A stretch of 63,907 bases of DNA, counting the filler, from Octopus bimaculoides (lineage: Eukaryota), in NCBI RefSeq assembly GCF_001194135.2. It is 6 parts of 6 records of this genome, joined end to end, with 100 filler letters (N's around TTAATTAATTAA, not from the genome) between each part and the next. Parts side by side here need not be neighbours in the genome. Positions count along the whole stretch, not along the records: positions 22,979 to 33,464 come from NC_069007.1; positions 33,565 to 44,057 come from NC_068987.1; 4 more parts are not named here. One strand, written 5' to 3'. Both the position numbers and the translations under genes were made by a program. Position 1 is the first letter of the stretch. Every line of letters begins with the position of its first letter. Below, piece after piece: positions 25,421 to 36,969 of the stretch. Below the pieces are notes generated by a model. It was not told the origin of the DNA, made no database searches, and saw only the letters and a program-made list of their open reading frames with translations.

Positions 25421-25456
<36 letters not shown>

Positions 25457-25486
25457 CGTATGTGTAGACAGACCTTACTTTCTTTT

Positions 25487-25745
25487 ATTGGGCTAAAATC
25501 TCATTTGCGGACCCATAGAAAACGAACTTCCACCAACTATAGTGCCTATATGTCTGTACATACCTTTCAGTGCCATGTATGCCAGAAGGTTTGCAAATCT
25601 AACGAACGCCTCAAAAGTCATTTTAAGATCCACAAAGATCAGAACTTATCTGTCGCTCTTGGTGGTCCAAATCGGATATGCAATCTATGTGGGTGTCTTT
25701 TCAATACATTGTCTGGTTTAAAAAGCCCCATCAGATGCCATGATG
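25487..25745 (+). pseudogene. C2H2 zinc-finger-coding fragment (one half finger, one full finger, one degenerate finger)
   Basis: GLKSHLRTH...FQCHVCQKVCKSNERLKSHFKIH...ICNLCGCLFNTLSGLKSPIRCH; no start codon or clear acceptor; lies between microsatellites. Confidence 0.6.
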
Positions 25746-26869
25746 GTTCTAAGGTGTAGGCATATATATATATNNNNNNNNNNNNNNNNNNNNNNNNNNN
25801 NNNNNNNNNNNNNNNNNNNNNNNNNNNNNNNNNNNNNNNNNNNNNNNNNNNNNNNNNNNNNNNNNNNNNNNNNNNNNNNNNNNNNNNNNNNNNNNNNNNN
25901 NNNNNNNNNNNNNNNNNNNNNNNNNNNNNNNNNNNNNNNNNNNNNNNNNNNNNNNNNNNNNNNNNNNNNNNNNNNNNNNNNNNNNNNNNNNNNNNNNNNN
26001 NNNNNNNNNNNNNNNNNNNNNNNNNNNNNNNNNNNNNNNNNNNNNNNNNNNNNNNNNNNNNNNNNNNNNNNNNNNNNNNNNNNNNNNNNNNNNNNNNNNN
26101 NNNNNNNNNNNNNNNNNNNNNNNNNNNNNNNNNNNNNNNNNNNNNNNNNNNNNNNNNNNNNNNNNNNNNNNNNNNNNNNNNNNNNNNNNNNNNNNNNNNN
26201 NNNNNNNNNNNNNNNNNNNNNNNNNNNNNNNNNNNNNNNNNNNNNNNNNNNNNNNNNNNNNNNNNNNNNNNNNNNNNNNNNNNNNNNNNNNNNNNNNNNN
26301 NNNNNNNNNNNNNNNNNNNNNNNNNNNNNNNNNNNNNNNNNNNNNNNNNNNNNNNNNNNNNNNNNNNNNNNNNNNNNNNNNNNNNNNNNNNNNNNNNNNN
26401 NNNNNNNNNNNNNNNNNNNNNNNNNNNNNNNNNNNNNNNNNNNNNNNNNNNNNNNNNNNNNNNNNNNNNNNNNNNNNNNNNNNNNNNNNNNNNNNNNNNN
26501 NNNNNNNNNNNNNNNNNNNNNNNNNNNNNNNNNNNNNNNNNNNNNNNNNNNNNNNNNNNNNNNNNNNNNNNNNNNNNNNNNNNNNNNNNNNNNNNNNNNN
26601 NNNNNNNNNNNNNNNNNNNNNNNNNNNNNNNNNNNNNNNNNNNNNNNNNNNNNNATATATATGGGAGAATGTACGAAACAAAAACAACAACAGGTGAGGA
26701 CAGGTGGTGTAAACAACAAAAGGATGTATTAGTTTGACGCTCGGGAATACAGAAAGTTTTTAACGTTTCGAGCTACGCTCTTCAACAGAAAGAATACGGA
26801 GAAAACAAGGAGAAAAACACGGAGAGAAAAAAATTGAATAGTCCCTGGTCAACGATCTATCATGACTAT

Positions 26870-26919
<50 letters not shown>

Positions 26920-28040
26920 AGCTTACTTGGAAATGGATGCGTGGCGTTCGATCATATAATAATGTAAATAATATATAGATATGCACATATACATACATAC
27001 ATGTACATATTCACATATATATGTATATACATATGCATGTACGCGTATATGTCTGTGTTTATGTGAATATGAATGTGTTTGTGCATATATTTGTACATTA
27101 GCATTTGTATCTGTATGTGTGTGTGTGGATGTGTGTGTTTGTGTTTGCGTATGATTACGGGTGGTGCAGAGAAGACGCCAGTTTATCCATAAAAGGATAA
27201 AGACCACGTGTCATGACCAGAGAATTTGTTGGTCCATCTCAACAGTCAGGACAAGTCATAGGGGCCGTTTCCTTAAGATCTTTCACAAACCGAAACAAAG
27301 ATTAAAAAACCTAAAGCGAAAAGGTAAGATAACACCAAAGGCGCTCTAACTCCAACCCCAAATAATCCTGCCACAAAAAAGTAAAAGAAAAGCAAGGTAA
27401 AACAAACAAACAAACAATCAAAAACATTATTTTTTTTTTTAATGTTATTTAAATATTCATTTATTTGTTTGTTGTCTTCAGTTTATATCGTCTTTATCTT
27501 TCCCGGTCACTGCAGCTGTCCACTTTGTTTAAGAAGAAAAACACCATACCAATCCTTTGGTTTCCGCAGGAACTTTTGGCGAAAGCTGAATCGATATACA
27601 ACAAAATACGAAAACAAATTAATTGACAACTATACCATTTTCTTATCCTCGCTTCTTTTCACTGCAGACTCTCATCATTATTTATACATGTCATCAAATA
27701 AAAGATGGCTAGAGCTTTTATCAAAAGAAGAAAATTACAGTATACAAAACTATCGCTTGGTGGCGCTATTGTTGTTATACTGCAAACACTGACTGACATA
27801 GAAATTTCTCATGAAATAACAACGGGTTTTCTTGAGTACCAAACAGGAATGAAGACAGTCAGGTTCCTCCATGTCTGCGAAGATAACAATAATTTGCGGA
27901 ATTCATTCCATCTTTGTAACTCTCTCTGTGTGTGTTGTGCGTATGCATGTACGTGTATGGGCTTGTGTGTATACTGGAGTGTGTCGATGTCTTTGTGCAT
28001 ACGCACACACACACACATACAGATATTTATATATACATAT

Positions 28041-28075
<35 letters not shown>

Positions 28076-28227
28076 TGCGTATGTATGTATACATATAGGT
28101 TTATATATAGGTGTACATATATACATATATACACATACATGCATACACATATATATACACACACGCATATATATGAAATATATATGTGCATGTTTGTGAA
28201 TGTATACAAATTTGTATATTCTATGTA

Positions 28228-28292
<65 letters not shown>

Positions 28293-28377
28293 GGTTGTAT
28301 ATGCATGTGCATTGTTTAATGTATATATGTATATAGATATAAAGTGTCATAGACACATACATACAAGCTCAAACGTA

Positions 28378-28540
28378 TCGTCGTGGCACTCCGTCAGTTA
28401 CGACGACGAGGGTTCCAGTTGATCCGATCAACGGAACAGTTTGCTCGTGAATTTATCGTGCAAGTGGCTGAGCACTCCACAGGCACGTGTGCCTTTAACG
28501 AAGTTCTCGGGGGTGATTCAGCGTGACACAAGAGTGTGAC
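28378..28540 (-). mobile_element. SINE family A, 3' fragment
   Basis: The reverse complement matches 11610-11755. Confidence 0.85.
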
Positions 28541-28542
28541 CC

Positions 28543-28930
28543 TAAAAGACAAAATTGACTTTGGCGGGAATTGAACTCTGTGCACAAAGAATTGATACAA
28601 TAGCACAGGGTATTTTATACAATATTATAACGACATGGCCAAGTTGTAGTTCTGAGCTGGTAATTTTTTCTTTTTAGCGACCCTGAGAGGATTTTAGACA
28701 AAATTGGTCTCGGCGGGAATCGAACTCTGTGCGCAAAGAATTGATACAATAGCACAAGGTGTTCTATACGATGTTATAACGACACGGCCGAGTCATAGTT
28801 CTACGTTGGTAACTATTTCTTTTCGGCGGCCCTGAGAAGGCAAAGGATAAAATTGGGCTCAACGGGATATGAACCTAGTGCTCAATGGGGCGACACAAAT
28901 TTCACATGCCGCATCCACTGTGCCACCTCC
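28543..28930 (-). repeat. Tandem array of ~150-bp units with a tRNA/B-box-like head
   Basis: Units at about 28543, 28692 and a partial one at 28843 share gacaaaattg..t.ggcgggaat.gaactctgtgc.caaagaattgatacaatagcaca...ccctgaga. Confidence 0.8.
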
Positions 28931-29402
28931 TTACTATTACTCCTTCTATTACTATCTTCCGACATACCCATCGCTGATTTCTCGGAATCAACTGATATAT
29001 ACGTAGCGTTTTACTCTAAAAAAAAAACAAACAGGAAAAAAAGGTAACCGACGAAATATACTGATAATGTTGAGGTTTATTAAACTAGGGTTAAAATCGT
29101 AGCAAGGTTTATCTGGTGATATTTGTTATTTTAAACACTATTGGTTAAAAGTAATCACTGCGTTGGGATGGTTGAGGTGAGGCTGTTTGCTTTTTTTAGC
29201 TGTTTTGCTTTATTTATTTATTTTTTTTCATATATTATTATTTTTTGTTAGTTTTTGATTAGCGGTGTGTTGAGGGCTAAGTTAAGATTATCTTAGGTAC
29301 ATTGACAGATAAGCCTAGACGAAAATACGACTGTTTTAGAAATCAGTACGTTGATAAGCTCGTAACAGTTCGAAGTTCAGCATTGTCTTGATATCTTCAA
29401 TA

Positions 29403-29476
<74 letters not shown>

Positions 29477-29948
29477 CAATAATAATAACAATAATAATAG
29501 TATCNNNNNNNNNNNNNNNNNNNNNNNNNNNNNNNNNNNNNNNNNNNNNNNNNNNNNNNNNNNNNNNNNNNNNNNNNNNNNNNNNNNNNNNNNNNNNNNN
29601 NNNNNNNNNNNNNNNNNNNNNNNNNNNNNNNNNNNNNNNNNNNNNNNNNNNNNNNNNNNNNNNNNNNNNNNNNNNNNNNNNNNNNNNNNNNNNNNNNNNN
29701 NNNNNNNNNNNNNNNNNNNNNNNNNNNNNNNNNNNNNNNNNNNNNNNNNNNNNNNNNNNNNNNNNNNNNNNNNNNNNNNNNNNNNNNNNNNNNNNNNNNN
29801 NNNNNNNNNNNNNNNNNNNNNNNNNNNNNNNNNNNNNNNNNNNNNNNNNNNNNNNNNNNNNNNNNNNNNNNNNNNNNNNNNNNNNNNNNNNNNNNNNNNN
29901 NNNNNNNNNNNNNNNNNNNNNNNNNNNNNNNNNNGAAATGAAACACCA

Positions 29949-30047
29949 GTTATGTACAGGTGCATCAAGTTACGCACAGGTACATCAAGTTATGTACAGG
30001 TACATCAAGTTATGTACAGGTACATCAAGTTATGTACAGGTGCATCG
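29949..30047. repeat. 20-bp minisatellite (AGTTATGTACAGGTACATCA) x~5
   Basis: Direct inspection. Confidence 0.9.
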
Positions 30048-30084
30048 ACTAAATTAACCCTTCAAATTTGCTGTTCATGTCCTT

Positions 30085-30245
30085 AAATTCCGCTGAGGTC
30101 GACTTTGCTTTTCATCCTTTTGGGGATCGATAAAATAAGAACCAGTGAAGGGGTCGATGTAATCGACTAGTCCGCTCCCCAATTTTAGGCCTTATCCCCT
30201 CCCCCAAAAAATTCAGGCCTTGTGTCTTTAGTAGAAAGGATTATT
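30085..30245 (+). mobile_element. SINE family D 3' half
   Basis: aaattccgctgaggtcgactttgc.tttcatcctttggggatcgataaaataag..ccagt..ggggtcgatgtaatcgac...ggccttgtg. Confidence 0.75.
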
Positions 30246-30469
30246 ATTATTGACTGTGAGGAGGTGGGGTCACCGTTTGTAAGAGACACTTTTCCACAGC
30301 TCGTCTCTTTGACTGAGTTGCAATCCTGGATTAGGAGTAGACCGAGGAGGGGCACTTGTTATGGATTTATCAATTTTATTGTTATTTATCAAGCGAATAG
30401 TGTGTTGAACCTTATATAACGTGATCTTTTACAATAATCCTTTTATGGAGGAATCTCACAATTTAACAA

Positions 30470-30473
30470 CAGC

Positions 30474-30532
<59 letters not shown>

Positions 30533-30656
30533 CGACAGCTATAACACCTACAACAATAAAAAGAGCAATGATAATAATAACGATAATAAAAATGGGAATA
30601 AGAATCTCATTGCTAGTAAGAACAACAGTGTATTAATAATAATAATAATAATAATG

Positions 30657-30690
<34 letters not shown>

Positions 30691-30970
30691 TGATGAAGAA
30701 GAAGAGGAAGAATAAGAAGAAATACAAGAAACAGAAGAAGAATAGCAGTCATAATGATGCCATCACCAATAACAACAATGATGACAATATTAACAATAAC
30801 ATGAAAAATGATAGTAATAATAATAATAATGATCTTAATAATAACAATACTAGTATTACTGCTAATAATATCAATACGATCATTATCAGAAACAATAAAT
30901 AAAAACAACAGCAGCAGCAGCAACAATATCAACAACAAAAATAACAACAACAAAAATAATAATAACAATA

Positions 30971-31003
<33 letters not shown>

Positions 31004-31030
31004 TTGTTGGTGATGATGATGATGATGATG

Positions 31031-31069
<39 letters not shown>

Positions 31070-31072
31070 GTA

Positions 31073-31118
<46 letters not shown>

Positions 31119-31135
31119 TGATGATGATGATGATG

Positions 31136-31176
<41 letters not shown>

Positions 31177-31190
31177 AATAATCGATCACA
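30470..31190. repeat. Compound trinucleotide microsatellite mosaic (CAA/AAT/GAT/AAG)
   Basis: Direct inspection. Similar tracts at 16838-17010, 29400-29505 and 33000-33465. Confidence 0.95.
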
Positions 31191-32389
31191 AAAAATTGAA
31201 TTTGAAAGAATCCAATTACATTTAATTTCGGATAAAATTCTTCTATTCTTTTCATATTTCTCTTGTTATAGCTATTGTTGTTGTTGTTTGTTCAGATATT
31301 GTTGTTGTTGTAGTTGCTGTTTGTTCAGATATTGTTGTTTTTGTTTGTTAATATGCTGCAAACCTCACGCGTGCATGCGCGCATTATACGCGTTCAGCTT
31401 GGTGGAGCGGTAAATATAACGTTCATAGCTGTATACATGTCAATAGGCGTTTACAGAGAGACAAGATGGCGGACAACAGATGTATGATCACGATGTTACA
31501 TATGCGACAGCTTCTTTGGATATCTTCTGTAACGCAGAGAAAAAGAATGGTAAAAGAAAACAAAACAAGAAAGCAACAAAAACACAAAAGAAAACAAATA
31601 AAATCCACATGAAGAACCAAAAAAAAAAAAAAAATACGGTGCCACTGTTATATGGCAGTGTTTACCGAATAGAGGGCAGGAAGACAGACAGACAGACAGA
31701 CAGACTAGCAGATATACAGACAGCTGTGGCATCATGTTGTAGTGTATTAGTGTTTATTTGGGTGTTTGTGTGTGTGTATGTGTGTTTGTGTCTGTGTGTG
31801 AGTTTATGTGCGTGAATATATTTGTAAGTGTATTTTCATGTTTCTGAATGTACACATGCACACAAACACGCACACATATTCACATCCATTATATATATAT
31901 ATATATTGGTGTGTGTGTGTTCATATATATGTTCATATATATATATATATATGTATNNNNNNNNNNNNNNNNNNNNNNNNNNNNNNNNNNNNNNNNNNNN
32001 NNNNNNNNNNNNNNNNNNNNNNNNNNNNNNNNNTAGATATATATATATATATATAGATATAGATATACCCGTTCATATATATATATATACAGATATACCC
32101 GTGCGCATGCGCGTGTGAGTGTGCGTGTGCGTACGCTTGTATAATGAATTTGCTCACCAACGGGAGTGTTTCTCTGACCTCCCGCCATCCTCCCCTCCCC
32201 TCGTTTATCGTAATCTGGCTTCATCTGTCCGTTTCATTGGCCTGTTAGCAATCTAACATTTCTCTTCACACCGCTCGCTTGGTAGTGACACCACTCATTC
32301 ATCATTATACTCCCATTTTTCCCAGGCTGTAATGTAGCACGCGATACGTTTAGTAGACTTCGTAATCCAACTGACAGTTCAAAAAGATT

Positions 32390-32665
32390 AAGGGTTAATT
32401 CACCGCCACCTATTCACCGTGAAGAAAGTTTACCGTGAGGAAGGTTCACCGTGAAAATATATCCAGAATAACTCACCATTAATAGTTACAAACTTATATT
32501 GAAAGAAAGAATAAAATTGGTGAATTGATAAAGGTGAATTTAGCTGAGGTGAACCGATGACGGTGACCTTTCCCTGTGGTGAAGTGATGACAGCAAACTT
32601 TCGGTGCGGGGAATTGATGACTGAACTTTCCCTGCGGCGAATTGATGGCAGTGAACTAACTGGAC
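32390..32665. mobile_element. Foldback/MITE-like element with arrayed subterminal inverted repeats
   Basis: The left arm repeats TTCACCG/TCACCG; the right arm repeats the complement (C)GGTGAA; AT-rich core. Confidence 0.55.
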
Positions 32666-33273
32666 AAGTTTTAAAAGAGGTAGGATTCATAATTATCAAA
32701 TAGTCTGTCTAGGAGGAAGATGAATAGGGATTCTTTGACCTATTATGGGAATTTCTTCTGCATTGTGAATGAATCCAGAAAACCAAAGTATAGAGGAGTG
32801 GACCATTAAGAGAAAAACAAGCTGGGGGGGGGGGGATACATGCAACCGAAACACTCATAACGAAGTCAATGAGTCTATAAAACTTTCCGTTTTTAGTCTA
32901 AACATTGCATTTTCCTCATTACGACTACAATGTTGGGGTTTTTGTTTTCAGTCTATCGGATATACATTTGTTTTGTTCTACATCGTATGGCCCTCATATG
33001 AAGGAGGAGGCGGAGACGGAAAAGGAGTAGGGGAAGATGAACAAGAAGAAGAGGAAGATGAAGAAGAGGAGAAAGCGAATATGACGACAACGAAGAATGT
33101 AATTGATGATCTGATGATGGTGATGATGATGATGATGATGATGATGGTGTTGGTGATGATGATAGTGATGATGATGATTATGAAAAAGAAGAAGGACAAG
33201 AAGACAGAGAAGTAGCTATTACTCATGATTTTGATGACGATGACGATGACGATTTTGCTGCTTCCCCTGCTCA

Positions 33274-33327
<54 letters not shown>

Positions 33328-33564
33328 AGATGATGATGATGGAGATGATGATGATGGAGATGATGATGAGGAGGAGGATGATGGTGATGATGGAGATGAT
33401 GATGATGGCGATGATAATGATGATGGTGGAGGTGATGGATTGATGATGATGAGGATGATGATGANNNNNNNNNNNNNNNNNNNNNNNNNNNNNNNNNNNN
33501 NNNNNNNNTTAATTAATTAANNNNNNNNNNNNNNNNNNNNNNNNNNNNNNNNNNNNNNNNNNNN

Positions 33565-33993
33565 ACTACAATCCTAGAACCACAAACAGTAAGAGATCTG
33601 GGCATCAACATGTGCAGTGATGCATCATTTCACATGCACATTGTCAAGTTGACAGCAACGTGCAGACAACTGGCAGGGTGGATACTGAGGACATTCCGTA
33701 CAAGGGATCACAAAGTCATGTTGACTCTATGGAAGAACTTTGTTCTGAGCGGCCTAGACTATTGCTCTCAGTTGTGGTCACCACACAGTGTTAAGCGGAC
33801 AGCAGAACTCGAGGCAATTCAGCGGCACTATACAAAACAGATCCCCACAGTCCAACAGATGAACTACAGGGAGCGACTGAAGGCACTAGGTCTCTACACC
33901 CTGGAGCGCAGGCGGGAGAGATATGTAATAATATACATATGGAAAATACAGGAAGGACTGGTGCCAAACTTTGGTATCAAGTACTACAGGAAT
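33565..33993 (+). mobile_element. CR1-clade LINE, RT C-terminal fragment
   Basis: DLGI...GWILRTFRTRD...LDYCSQLWSP...LEAIQR...YRERLKALGLYTLERRRERY is the typical CR1-group post-RT region. Confidence 0.88.
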
Positions 33994-35740
33994 NNNNNNN
34001 NNNNNNNNNNNNNNNNNNNNNNNNNNNNNNNNNNNNNNNNNNNNNNNNNNNNNNNNNNNNNNNNNNNNNNNNNNNNNNNNNNNNNNNNNNNNNNNNNNNN
34101 NNNNNNNNNNNNNNNNNNNNNNNNNNNNNNNNNNNNNNNNNNNNNNNNNNNNNNNNNNNNNNNNNNNNNNNNNNNNNNNNNNNNNNNNNNNNNNNNNNNN
34201 NNNNNNNNNNNNNNNNNNNNNNNNNNNNNNNNNNNNNNNNNNNNNNNNNNNNNNNNNNNNNNNNNNNNNNNNNNNNNNNNNNNNNNNNNNNNNNNNNNNN
34301 NNNNNNNNNNNNNNNNNNNNNNNNNNNNNNNNNNNNNNNNNNNNNNNNNNNNNNNNNNNNNNNNNNNNNNNNNNNNNNNNNNNNNNNNNNNNNNNNNNNN
34401 NNNNNNNNNNNNNNNNNNNNNNNNNNNNNNNNNNNNNNNNNNNNNNNNNNNNNNNNNNNNNNNNNNNNNNNNNNNNNNNNNNNNNNNNNNNNNNNNNNNN
34501 NNNNNNNNNNNNNNNNNNNNNNNNNNNNNNNNNNNNNNNNNNNNNNNNNNNNNNNNNNNNNNNNNNNNNNNNNNNNNNNNNNNNNNNNNNNNNNNATATA
34601 TATGGAAATTTTTGTCTGTAGGTGTGATTGCATGGTTTTTATTATTGCACAAATAAATTGCGTGGTTGTTAGCTAACTTATCCTACACCATTTTATCGAT
34701 TTCGATGAAATATACAACGTGAGTCGAACTCATGTCTGGAAACCTCATGATTGCTGAAAGTTTCGATAATAGGGAATCTGGATGGGATCCTTAAATATAT
34801 CCAATATATTCTATTTTTAAAAAGCAAGGGAAATAACCTATTCGCCCCTGGAAAGGATCGTTATATATAGCCAAGGGAAATAACTCAATCATTTTCCTAT
34901 ATTTTTTCGTAAAAATTTCTTAGTATTTGAACTGTTAGATTTATTTGTGCAATTTATTCTGTACAACCGTTACACAAGTAAATATCATTTTCCTAAACAA
35001 TAGATCCACTTATTGCGTTAATGAAGTATTCACAAATATACCAACACTGTCACCCCTGAGGGTAATATCCTCTGGGACCGCAGAAGAGCCTTTTTCAGAG
35101 TTATTTATTTTGAATAGTTATTATCTCATATCTGATTAGCCGTCACGATTTTAGTATACAGACGTTATCAGTAGTTCATTCTATATTTTAAATACTCTAG
35201 GAACGCATTAAAGCCCTTTTCGGGGTTACTTTATTTGAATTCTCACTATCGGGTAACTAATTTCTTGTAATTACATAACTGATTTCCCAATTTGTGTATT
35301 CAAAACTTATTTGGAATTCCTAAAAACAAGATTCTTTGTAAGAGAGTTCGGTATTCTCTGCAAATGCACAAATGCACCAGTCCCACTTTCAATCGGGAGG
35401 GAATATTAGCCTGCGCGGCTGGCCAGCAGTGTCGCATTATTCGAAAAGTAATACAATGCAAAATTCAATGCATTCTAATCAGTGCAGTGTAATATCATTT
35501 GATAGCCTGGTCGGACATACGGTCACGTGATATACATATACATATATGTGTGTGTGTGTGTATTTGTGTCTTTGTGTTTGTGCGTGTGCGTGTGAGTGCG
35601 AGTGTCAATACGAGTGTTTGCATATATACGTTCTTTTCAAAAGTTTTGCAAATCGGTGCATTTTCTCTACTATATGTCGCAAACATAAAATGTATCAATG
35701 GGATGATTTCAAATTATCATTATCCAGTTTCACTTCACTA

Positions 35741-35788
<48 letters not shown>

Positions 35789-36391
35789 AACGTGTGTGCG
35801 TGTGTGTGTTTGTGCGTGTGGGCGTGTGTATGTATGTGTGTGTGTGTCTGTGTATGACAATCGTACGAAATGGCGTCGCATAAACTTCGAAACAAACGGA
35901 CATATGCTTCGTGATAATTGTTAGGAACTAATAACCTTTTGCTTTATGATATATATCTGTAATCGGAATCTGTAGCACGTTAAGACTGAGATCTATTGAT
36001 CAGTGACGCATCGATATTACACATTACATGAATACATAGTTTATCTGATTCTACATGAATTAATATCTCTTTGACCTCATGTCAATGTGCAATAATATGA
36101 TGTTGTGCATGTACGGTAAATGCGTTTGCCACTTCTCAGAATTTCAGAAGGATCAACTAACGGAATAATAATCACAGCAATTCACACCGTTTCTTTGAAA
36201 TATTTGATAATTAGAGGTTAGTCCGAGAGATAATTAAATTTAATTAAGATGTAATCATTGCCACCCTCAAACTATATCCTCATACATATATCCATACGTG
36301 CATCAACACACACATCAATGCGTGTGTGCTTGCATGTATGTGAATGTGTTGATGTGTATGCATACGCATATACATACATACGCATATACAT

Positions 36392-36428
<37 letters not shown>

Positions 36429-36932
36429 CATATATATGTATATATATATNNNNNNNNNNNNNNNNNNNNNNNNNNNNNNNNNNNNNNNNNNNNNNNNNNN
36501 NNNNNNNNNNNNNNNNNNNNNNNNNNNNNNNNNNNNNNNNNNNNNNNNNNNNNNNNNNNNNNNNNNNNNNNNNNNNNNNNNNNNNNNNNNNNNNNNNNNN
36601 NNNNNNNNNNNNNNNNNNNNNNNNNNNNNNNNNNNNNNNNNNNNNNNNNNNNNNNNNNNNNNNNNNNNNNNNNNNNNNNNNNNNNNNNNNNNNNNNNNNN
36701 NNNNNNNNNNNNNNNNNNNNNNNNNNNNNNNNNNNNNNNNNNNNNNNNNNNNNNNNNNNNNNNNNNNNNNNNNNNNNNNNNNNNNNNNNNNNNNNNNNNN
36801 NNNNNNNNNNNNNNNNNNNNNNNNNNNNNNNNNNNNNNNNNNNNNNNNNNNNNNNNNNNNNNNNNNNNNNNNNNNNNNNNNNNNNNNNNNNNNNNNNNNN
36901 NNNNNNNNNNNNNNNNNNNNNNGCATATACAT

Positions 36933-36969
<37 letters not shown>

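Noticed and set aside
27161-27900. Basic ORF 27161-27349 and ORF 27705 onward as genes
   Set aside because: No recognisable domain, no consistent exon chain, and the second runs into microsatellite.
28543-28930. CRISPR-like array
   Set aside because: Long diverged units with no short identical repeats or unique spacers; eukaryotic context and no cas genes.
30633-31413. Poly-N/D/I/M/Y proteins
   Set aside because: Translations of trinucleotide microsatellites; the same applies to 29388, 32769-33443 and 16838-17010.
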